Made by a program: the position numbers and the translations under genes
Notes under the pieces: generated by a model
The model's input: the letters and a program-made list of their open reading frames with translations, nothing else
The model's database searches: none
What the model was told of the DNA's origin: nothing
Source of the DNA: an uncultured Actinomycetota bacterium
GTDB taxonomy: Bacteria; Actinomycetota; Thermoleophilia; RBG-16-64-13
Assembly: GCA_963736705.1 (NCBI GenBank)
Contig: CAVTPV010000005.1
Location: forward strand, 5,306-69,305
Direction: 5' to 3'
DNA: 64,000 bases
Shown here: one piece after another, positions 38,993 to 47,331 of the stretch
Layout: each line of letters starts with the position of its first letter
How positions within the stretch are numbered: position 1 is the first letter of the stretch

Positions 38993-39650
38993 GTGACCGA
39001 GACTCTACACGAAGTGAAGGAACCGCGCCAGCAGCGCAGCCGCGACTCTCAGGAACGCATCCTGAAAGCCGCCGAGGCCCTCATCAAGAGCAAGGGCTTC
39101 GAAGCGCTCACCACGGCGGAGGTCGTCCGGCGCTCGCGCACGTCCATCGGCACCCTCTATGCCCGCTTCGGCGACAAGACAGCCCTGCTTCACGCAGTGC
39201 AGGACAGAGTGCAGTCCCGCGAGGAAGCGCTGATGCGCGCCCAAGTGGCCAAGGTCGACGTGGGAGCAGCCTCTCCCTGGCGGAAGCCGTCCGGCAACTC
39301 CTGCAGATCAAGCAGATGGTCGGCGAGGGTGACGAGCCGGCTGTTCGAGGCGTTCGTGGTGCACGGCGCCACCGACCCGGTGCTGCGCGCCCAAGGGTAC
39401 CGGCACAAGGCCGTCATGGAAGGGCTCGACGTCGAGATCCTGCTCGCGCCACGCCGGCGAGATCGGCCACGCCGACCCCGAGGACGCCGCCCGCGTGGCC
39501 TCCCGGCTGGCCCAGGCCGCTCAGGAAGAGTACGTGCAGCGTTCCCTGGCCGGAGAGGCATTGCCCGGCACCGCGCCGCCCGAGTTGCTCTTGGAGCGGC
39601 TGGCGGACGTCATCATCGCCTATCTCAAGAACCCGCAGCCCGCGGCGTAG
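38993..39650 (+). CDS. TetR-family transcriptional regulator, about 3 frameshifts
   Basis: 'RQQRSRDSQERILKAAEALIKSKGFEALTTAEVVRRSRTSIGTLYARFGDKTALLHAV' HTH; C-terminal part 'AGEIGHADPEDAARVASRLAQAAQEEYVQRS...LADVIIAYLKNP' in another frame. Confidence 0.65.
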
Positions 39651-39710
39651 GCTGGGGCGCGGCTACAGGCCAGCCGTCTCAGGTGAGTCCGGTGCTACAC
39701 TCGGATTGCG

Positions 39711-40892
39711 ATGGAACGCTGGCACACACACGTGCTCCGCGAGAAGATCGACCCCAGCAGCATGCTCATCCAGGGGAACCGGGCGTGCGCTCTCGGGGCC
39801 CTCGACGCCGGCGTCCGCTTCTTCGCCGGATATCCCATCACCCCCAGCTCCGAGATCATGGAAGCCATGGCCGTGCGAGCTGCCCAAGGTGGGCGGCGTG
39901 TTCCTGCAGATGGAGGACGAGATCGCGCTCCATCTGCGCGTGCATCGGGGCGTCGCTGGCCGGGCAGCTGGCCATGACGGCCACCTCGGGGCCGGGCTTC
40001 TCGCTGATGCAGGAGGCCATCGGCTACGCCATCATGGTGGAGGCGCCGCTGCTCATCGTGGATGTGATGCGGGCGGGGCCGTCCACCGGGCGCCCCACCG
40101 CGCCGTCGCAGGGCGACGTCATGCAGGCCCGCTGGGGCACCCACGGCGACCACCCGGCGGTGGTGCTGGCCGCCTCCAACGTGGCCGACATGTACCGGCT
40201 GACCATGGCGGCGGTGCGGTTCGCCCAGCGGTTCCGCACCCCGGTGACCCTGCTGGCCGACGAGGTGGTGGGCCACATGCGCGAGAGCTTCGCCCCGGAG
40301 CTCATCGACCGCTACCGGCTCACCAGCGGCGATTTCGACTTCAGCCCCAGCTACGTCCATCCCGACATGGTGCGCGAGGTGCATCCGCCGCACGTGCTGG
40401 GGTCGGAGCCGCATCCGCACGTGACCGGGCTCATCCACGACGAGACCGGCTTCCCCACCAACGACCCGAAGAAGAGCGAGAAGTTCCTGCGCGAGCTCTA
40501 CGACAAGGTGGGCAACCACCGCGACGAGCTCTGCCTCTACGACGTCAAGAACGAGGGCAAGGGGCGGGTGTGCATCGTGGCGTACGGGTCGTGCGCGCGC
40601 AGCGCCCGGGCGGCCTGGAAGCTGGCCGAGAAGGAGGGGCTGCAGGTGGAGGTGCTCCATCTCTACACGCTGTTCCCGCTGCCGGTGGAGATCATCCAGA
40701 CAGGTGGCCCGGCGGGTGGAGTTCATGCTCATCCCCGAGCTGAACCTGGGACAGTACGCGCGCGAGGTGCGCAAGATGGCCGAGAACTGGACCACGGTCA
40801 TCAGCATGGGCAAGATCGACGGGACGCTCATCACCCCGCGGGAGATCCTCGACCGGGTGACCGAACTTGTTGGGAAGTACGAGAGTGTCTGA
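39711..40892 (+). CDS. korA: 2-oxoacid:ferredoxin oxidoreductase alpha subunit (KorA/OorA-like), at least 3 frameshifts
   Basis: 'LIQGNRACALGALDAGVRFFAGYPITPSSEIMEAMAV' + 'MTATSGPGFSLMQEAIGYAIMVEAPLLIVDVMRAGPSTG.PT...QGDVMQARWGTHGDHP' + 'EVLHLYTLFPLP'. Confidence 0.75.
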
Positions 40893-41871
40893 CGCAGCGG
40901 CGCCGAGGCGCTCGGACGATCGAGCAGTTCCTGCACACGGAGCGGCTGCCGCACATCTGGTGCCCGGGCTGCGGCATCGGCATCGTGACCGGCGCCTTCC
41001 TGCGGGCGGTCGTCGACCTGGGGCTGGAGCGCGAGAAGACCGTGGTGGTCGGGCGGCATCGGCTGCTCCAGCCGGGCCGTCGGCTACATCGACCTGGGGA
41101 CCGTGCACTCCATCCACGGCCGGGCCCTGGCCTTCGCCACCGGCATCAAGATGGCGCGGCCGGACTTCACCGTGGTGGTGCTCACCGGCGACGGGGACGG
41201 CGCGGCCATCGGCGGCAACCACCTCATCCACGCCTGCCGGCGCAACATCGACATCACCTGCATCCTGTTCAACAACCAGATCTACGGCATGACCGGCGGC
41301 CAGGTGTCGCCGCACCATGGAGCCCGGCGACCGGGGCGACCACCGCCCCGTACGGGTCCATCGAGCCGCCCGTTCGATCTCTGCCGGCTGACCGAGGCGG
41401 CTGGGGCGAGCTTCGTGGCCCGCGGTACGGCGGCCAACATCCGGCCTTTGGAGCGGCTGATCAAGCAGGGGATCCAGCATCAAGGGATTCTCGTTCATCG
41501 AGGCCGTGGTGCCCTGCCCCACCGAGTACGGCAAGCGGAACCCGCCCGCCGGGGTGATCGCCATGCTGGACGAGACCAAGGCCCGCTCCGTGTCGGTGAG
41601 CGCGGCGGCCAAGATGCCGGCGGAGGAGCTGGCCGGCAAGATCGTCACCGGCATCCTGCACGAAGACAAGGACGCGCCTGAGTTCCAGACGAGCTACGCC
41701 GCCATCGTCGAGCGGGCGCAGCAGGCTGCTGCCGACGCCGAGCCGGCGCCCAGGCCGCGGCCGCGGCGCCCGGCCGCGCCGGCCAAGAAGGCCGGCAAGG
41801 AGCGCGGCGGACCGCAGGCGACCTCGGCCTCCAGCGACGCGTCGGGCCTGCCCTGTGAGGGCGGGGAATGA
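40889..41871 (+). CDS. korB: 2-oxoacid:ferredoxin oxidoreductase beta subunit (TPP-binding, KorB-like), at least 4 frameshifts
   Basis: 'HIWCPGCGIGIV' + 'GIKMARPDFTVVVLTGDGDGAAIGGNHLIHACRRNIDITCILFNNQIYGMTGGQVSP' + 'FIEAVVPCPTEYGKRN'. Confidence 0.75.
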
Positions 41872-42547
41872 GCACCGGCGGACCGGCGGCCGGCGCCGGC
41901 AGCGCCGCGGACGTCAAGGCCGCGCGGGCGGCGCGCGCCGAGAAAGCGCGCGCCCTGGCGGTCGAGCGAAGCGGCTTCTCGCCACGCGGAGCCTCGTGGA
42001 GGTGCGGTTCGGCGGCAGCGGCGGGCAGGGGGTCATCCTCATGGGCGTCATCCTGGCCATGGCCGGCGCCCGCGACCACCGCTTCGTGGTGCAGACCCAG
42101 TCCTACGGCCCCGAGGCCCGGGGCGGCTACAGCCGCAGCGACGTCATCATCTCCGACTCCCAGATCGACTATCCGGAGCTCGAGCAGGCCGATCTTCTCG
42201 TCGCGCTGTCGCAAGCAGCTGCCGATGAGTACTTCCGCATGCTACGCTCCGACGGTGTGCTGGTCTACGACTCCGAGAACGTGACGGCTGTGCCGCCGTT
42301 CAAAGGGGAGCAGTTCGGCATACCGTTCACCCGCCTGGCGCTGGAAGAGACCGGGCGGCGGCAGACGACGAACATCCTCACCCTGGGGGCCGTCGCGGGC
42401 ATCACCGGCGTGGTGACCAAAGAGGCGCTGCGCAAGGCGATGCTGGTGATGGTGCCGGCGGGGACCGAGGAAGTGAACAGCAAGGCTCTCGCCCGCGGAA
42501 TGGCGCTCGACGCTACCGAATGGCGCAGCGCCGTGACTGGCCGCTGA
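41868..42547 (+). CDS. 2-oxoacid:ferredoxin oxidoreductase gamma subunit, 1 frameshift near 41990
   Basis: 'VEVRFGGSGGQGVILMGVILAMAGARDHRFVVQTQSYGPEARGGYSRSDVIISDSQIDYPELEQADLLVALSQ'. Confidence 0.7.
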
Positions 42548-42604
42548 GGCGCACCGGCGAGGCCGGGCTCCGCAGCAGCCCCTGAGACCGCGGAGGAGCA
42601 GAGA

Positions 42605-43384
42605 ATGATCGTTGCCGGCATCGACGTCGGAGCCAAGAACGTCCACGCAGTGTTGATCCAGGATGGCGCGGTGCTGGCCAAAGCCACCGTGGCCTCGGGG
42701 TTCGACCAGGAGGAGTCCGCCGAGCGGGGCCTGCAGGAAGCAGCCAAGGTCGGCGGCATCGAGCGGGACGCCATCGCCGCCATCGCGGCCACCGGCGCCG
42801 GGCGCAAAGCCCTGCCCTTCGCCGGACAGCAGCCCACCGAGGTAGCCGCCGACGGCCGCGGCGCCGCGATGCTGCGCCCGGGCGCCCGCACCGTCGTCGA
42901 CGTGGGCGCCGATGAAGCCCGGGCCATCAAGCTGAGTCCCGAAGGCAAGGTCATCGACTTCGCCATCAACGAGAAGTGCGCGGCCGGCGCCGGCGCCTTC
43001 GTGGAGGCCATGAGCCGCGCCCTCGACATGCCCCTCGCCGATTTCGCCAGCTCGTCCCTCGAATCCACGCAGTCCATCCCCATGAACGCCCAGTGCACGG
43101 TGTTCGCCGAGTCCGAGGTGGTCAGCCTCATCCACGCCAACACTCCCCCGGCCGACATCGCCCGCGCGGTGCACGACGCCATGGCCAGCCGCGTGTCGGC
43201 GATGGTGCGGCGCATCGGCGTGGACGACCCGGTGGTGCTGGGCGGCGGCGCGGCCCTCAACGTGGGCTTCGTGAAGTCGCTGTCCGAGGCGCTGGGCGGC
43301 GTCAACGTCGAGGTGCTGCCGGATGCGGAGTATCTGGGGGCGCTCGGGGCGGCGCTGATCGCCTGGGAGACGGCTTCGAGGTAG
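42605..43384 (+). CDS. BadF/BadG/BcrA/BcrD-type ATPase (HgdC-like CoA-enzyme activase), intact 259 aa
   Basis: 'MIVAGIDVGAKNVHAVL' N-terminal actin-fold; cluster-ligand cysteines in 'INEKCAAGAGAF' and 'MNAQCTVFAESEVVSL'; uninterrupted ORF. Confidence 0.8.
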   Translation: MIVAGIDVGAKNVHAVLIQDGAVLAKATVASGFDQEESAERGLQEAAKVGGIERDAIAAIAATGAGRKALPFAGQQPTEVAADGRGAAMLRPGARTVVDVGADEARAIKLSPEGKVIDFAINEKCAAGAGAFVEAMSRALDMPLADFASSSLESTQSIPMNAQCTVFAESEVVSLIHANTPPADIARAVHDAMASRVSAMVRRIGVDDPVVLGGGAALNVGFVKSLSEALGGVNVEVLPDAEYLGALGAALIAWETASR

Positions 43385-43396
43385 GGCGTCGGCATC

Positions 43397-44059
43397 ATGG
43401 TCGGACATCACCCCAAACTCGTGTGCTTTGACCTCGACGGCACGGTGATGCTCTGCCCCAACTCCCTGCAGTTTCTGCTCCATCTCGAACCATGCACCTC
43501 CGGAGATCCTCGCCGATATCGATCGACGCGAGACACAGCCGTGAAGTGCACTGGGTCGCGGCCGACTACGAGCGGGCTCCAGTATGTCGCCGGTCTCCCT
43601 GTCGCAGCTATCGAAGACGAGCATCGACCGTGAACTGCGCACGATCGGCGAACCTCACGTTGGTTCTGGAGACTCTTCGCAGTGCCGGCATGCTGACGGT
43701 GCTCCTGACTTCCGGACCTGTCGAAGTCGCGGAGGCAGTCGCGAGGCGCTTCTGCGTTCGGACGTTGTGCTGGGAAGCGAGTTCGAGACCTCCAGAGAAA
43801 GCCCCTCGGTCTATACCGGCCGCATCGTCAAGACATCTTGGCTCTGCCGGCAAATTGGAGGTCGCTGGAACGGGCGTGCGATGACCTGGAGCTTACCTTG
43901 GACGATTGCGTTGCTGTTGGAGACGGTGAGTCAGACATCGATCTGTTTCGGGTCGTCCGCACGTCAATCGGTTTGAACCCTTCTCCTCTGGTAGCCGAGA
44001 TGGTAGACCACGTGGTTCAAGGGAACGATCTCTCCGCCATCCTGCCGATCATCCTTTGA
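43397..44059 (+). CDS. HAD-superfamily phosphatase (SerB-like), at least 4 frameshifts; lower-GC segment
   Basis: 'KLVCFDLDGTV' motif I; '...LTLDDCVAVGDGESDIDLF' motif IV; ~58% GC against ~68% in the flanks. Confidence 0.5.
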
Positions 44060-44233
44060 CTCGCCGCTACAGTGGCGAGTACGACTCGTCGTCCTCGTCG
44101 GACGTCCATTCTTCAGAGGAGCCATCACCCCAGTCTGGCAGCGTCGAGCGGACAGGTTCTTGGCCCTTCTGACCCCCAGCCATTCTCCGACTTTGGTCGT
44201 AGCCCGGACCCCCTGTAGTACACTAACCCGACG

Positions 44234-45496
44234 ATGACCGAGCCCCAACAGCACTTCTGGCGATGGAGTGAGAAGACCTATCAGGCCCCCGACCTCGACT
44301 GGCGGGCGCGCCTCTGCCATCACCGTGGGCATCGACGTGGGGTCGGTCAGTTCGCAGGCCGTCATCCTCGCCGACGGCAAGCTTCTCGCCTTCAACTCCA
44401 CCCGCACCGGCTCGTCCAGCCCCGACAGCGCCGTGCGCGCCTTCCGCGGCGCCAGCCGAGCCCCTCGGCCTGACGCTCGACGACGTCTCCTACGCGGTGG
44501 GCACCGGCTACGGCCGGGTCAACGTGCCCTTCGCCGACCGGACCATCACCGAGATCGCCTGCCACGCCCGGGGCGCCAACTACATGGGCGGCCCCAGCAT
44601 CCGCACCATCCTCGACATGGGTGGCCAGGACTGCAAGGTCATCCGCATCGACGAGCGCGGCAAGGTGCTGAACTTCATCATGAACGACAAGTGCGCGGCC
44701 GGGACCGGCCGGGGCATGGAAGTCATCGCCGACGTGCTGTCGGTGCCCATCGAGGACATCGGGCGGCGGTCGTTCGAGATCGACGAGGAGCCCGCGGCGG
44801 TGAGCAACGTCTGCACCGTGTTCGCCAAGTCGGAGGCCACCTCGCTGCTGCGCGCCGGCTGGAGCGTCGACAAGGTGCTCGCCGCCTACTGCGCGGCCAT
44901 GGCCCAGCGGGTGGCCGGCCTCATCGAGCGGATGCAGGTGGAGCGCGAGTTCTTCATCACCGGCGGCATCGGCAAGAACATCGGGGTGACGCGGCGCATC
45001 GAGCGGCTCATCGGGGTGGAAGCGGTCAAGCTGCCCGCCGACTCGGTGCTCGATCCGCAGATCGCCGGCGCCCTGGGCGCGTCGCTCTTCGCCCATTCGC
45101 TGTACCGCAAGGCCCAGAAGGAGGCGCGCGGCGGCGCGGTCGGCGGCACGGGCAACGGCGGCGCGGCCGAACCGGCCGGCGAAGCGCGGGGTCACGGGCT
45201 GATGATCGCCAACTACGGCTACGAGGACGGCTCCGGCTTCTACTACATCACGATCGACACCGATGTCTGCGTCGACTGCGCGGAGCACGGCTGCACGAAG
45301 GCCTGTCCCGGGCAGGTCTTCGCCATCGAGATGGACGACTACGACGATCTCGTCGCCGTGGTCGCCGAAAGCTCCCGGAAGCGGCTGCGCGAGCTCTGCT
45401 CCGTGTGCAAGGGCCAGAACGGCGTCGGGCGGCACCGAGCGCAAGCTGCCCTGCACCGACGCGTGCCCGGGCGGCGCCATCCGCCACAGCTGGTAG
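44234..45496 (+). CDS. Second HgdC/BcrA-like activase ATPase with C-terminal Gly-rich linker and 2x[4Fe-4S] ferredoxin domain (apparent natural fusion), several frameshifts
   Basis: 'ITVGIDVGSVSSQAVIL', 'NDKCAAGTGRGMEVIADVL', 'SNVCTVFAKSEATSLL'; then 'GGAVGGTGNGGAAEPAGEARG' linker; then 'CVDCAEHGCTKACP' and 'CSVCKG...CTDACPGGAI'; no stop separates the ATPase from the ferredoxin part in its frame. Confidence 0.6.
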
Positions 45497-45503
45497 GCCG
45501 GCG

Positions 45504-46700
45504 GTGGAAGTCCGGATCGACGGCATCCGCGTCTCCGTGCCGGAAGGCGCCACCATTCTCGAGGCCTGCGATCTGGCCGGCCGCTACGTCCCCCGTCTGT
45601 GCTCCTATCCCGGAGCTGGGATGCTCGTGCGAGCTGGGGGTCTGGTGCGGACTGTGCGCGGTGCGAGATCGAGGGCGGTCGGCCATCGTCGCCGATCCGG
45701 TGCCCGTGCTCGCCTGCTCGACGCCCGCGCGAGCCGGGCATGGTGGTCACCACGTCCGGGCCGGCGCTCCACTCCGTCGCGTCTGCACCGCCTGGCGGCG
45801 ATCCTGGATCACCATCCCCACATCTGTCTCAGCTGCCCCGATCGGGATGGCTGCAGCAGGGAGGAGTGCACGTACGGGATGCCCGAGGAGGCGCGGTGCT
45901 GCGCCGAGTTCGGGCGCTGCGAGCTCGGCAAGCTGGTGGCCTACATCGATCCCGGGCTGCAGACTGCGGCGGTGGGCCGCGGTCGTGCCGCGGGATGCCC
46001 ATGAAGAAGGGCGTATCCGCCGGGAGCCGGGACTGTGCATCGGCTGCGGCAGGTGCGTGCTGGTCTGCAACAGCTCCGGCATGCCGGGAAGGCCCTGCAG
46101 CTGGAGGACATCGTGGGCCCGGCGTCGGCCCGGGCGGCTCTGGCCGCCGGCAGGAACGGCGTGGCTCCGAACGCCGGCACCTCTGCCGGGCCATGCCCGT
46201 CAAGGGCACGCTTCGGGCCTCAGGCTGCACGTTCTGCGGGCAGTGCGTGATGGTCTGTCCCACCGGCGCCGTGACCGCGCCCGGCGAAGGCGGGCGCGCG
46301 CTGGCTGCAGGGCTGGCGCAAGAAGGTCCGTCTGGCGGAGCCCGTGCTGCCGCCCGAATCCTGGCGACTGCTCACCGAGGACGAGTTGGCGGCGCATCCC
46401 GGCCGTGCCCGGGGTCTTTCAGATAGCCGACGCCACCGGGCAGGTGCTGCGCATCGGCGGGGTGGCCGATCTTTCGCACGGGGTAGCCGCGGCCCTCACC
46501 GAGGCCTGCTGCCGCTCCGCCGCCGGTCTCTGGTTCGAGCGGGCCGAGCTCTATCACCCAGCGGGAGAGCGAGCTGCTGGCCCGCTTCGCCCAGGAGCAG
46601 GGGCATCTGCCGCCCGGGAACGACCTGGGCGACGATCTGTTCGGCGACGATCTCTTCGACGACGACCTGGACTGGGCAGTCGCGCTCGACTGGACCGCCC
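45504..46700 (+). CDS. Multi-cluster Fe-S protein resembling the N-terminal module of NuoG/HndD/FdhA (2Fe-2S + His-Cys3 4Fe-4S + 2x 4Fe-4S ferredoxin) with an uncharacterised acidic C-terminal region; about 5 frameshifts in the first 300 nt
   Basis: GTG start 45504 'MEVRIDGIRVSVPEGATILEACDLAGRYVPRLCSYP'; 'G.C..CEIEGG'; 'ILDHHPHICLSCPDRDGCSREEC'; 'GLCIGCGRCVLVCNS'; 'GCTFCGQCVMVCPTGAV'; C-terminal segment with 'GVFQIADATGQVLRIGG' and 'DDLFGDDLFDDDLDW'. Confidence 0.5.
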
Positions 46701-47331
46701 GCAGCGCGCCCGGACGCCCCTCGTCATCGGCGTCATCTCCGACACCCACGGCCATCTCTACCCCGAGGTGGCGAAGCGCCTCGAAGGGGTGCGACCACAT
46801 CATCCACGCCGGCGATGTCGGCACCTCCGAGGTCCTTCGCGCGCTGCGCCGCATCGCGCCGGTGACGGCCGTGCGCGGCAACGTGGACATGGGAGGCTGG
46901 GCGGACGCCCTGCCCTCCCGCGCCGAGGTGGAATTGGGAGGCGTCTGCATCGTGGTGGGGCACATCTCGCCCCGGCCGGACGGCGCCGGCAGCGCGCGGG
47001 CAGCCGGTGGTCGTGGTGGCCGGTCACAGCCACGTCGCCGCCAAGGAGGAGCGCGCCGGGGTGCTCTACCTCAACCCCGGATCCGCGGGGCCGCGCCGTT
47101 TCGGGCGGCCGCGAACGCATGGCCCGGCTGGAGATCTGGCCGCCGCGGGAAGGGGCACAGCCCGGCGAGGCCTGGAGCATGCCCTGGGTAGTGGCCGAGA
47201 TCGTCACGGCTCGAGGGAGAGTAGGCCGCACCGGGCGGACGGCCCGAGTCGCCGGTCGGCGAGCGGCCGTCAGCCGCCCGACGGGCCGGGCGCCGGTCAT
47301 CGCTACAGGCTCTTGGCCACGTGAGCGGTGA
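46690..47331 (+). CDS. YfcE/MJ0936-family metallophosphoesterase; no in-frame start codon seen (start lost to an indel, or fused to the upstream ORF)
   Basis: 'LVIGVISDTHGHL...' motif I; 'CDHIIHAGDVGTSEVL' motif II; 'VTAVRGNVD' motif III; 'VVVAGHSHVAAKEERAGVLYLNPGSAGPRRFG' motifs V/VI; assembled from three frames. Confidence 0.5.
   Translation: MDRPQRARTPLVIGVISDTHGHLYPEVAKRLEGVRPHHPRRRCRHLRGPSRAAPHRAGDGRARQRGHGRLGGRPALPRRGGIGRRLHRGGAHLAPAGRRRQRAGSRWSWWPVTATSPPRRSAPGCSTSTPDPRGRAVSGGRERMARLEIWPPREGAQPGEAWSMPWVVAEIVTARGRVGRTGRTARVAGRRAAVSRPTGRAPVIATGSWPRER

Noticed and set aside
45504-46300. Annotating the Fe-S protein as NADH dehydrogenase subunit NuoG or a formate dehydrogenase/hydrogenase catalytic subunit
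   Set aside because: Only the ~260-aa N-terminal cofactor module is present. At most ~130 codons remain before the next gene, so there is no room for a molybdopterin or H-cluster domain.
44497-47331. 944-aa ORF on the plus strand
   Set aside because: The activase domain, 4Fe-4S motifs and phosphoesterase motifs are separated by Arg/Pro-rich nonsense. It concatenates activase 2, the ferredoxin, the Fe-S protein and the phosphoesterase through wrong-frame segments.
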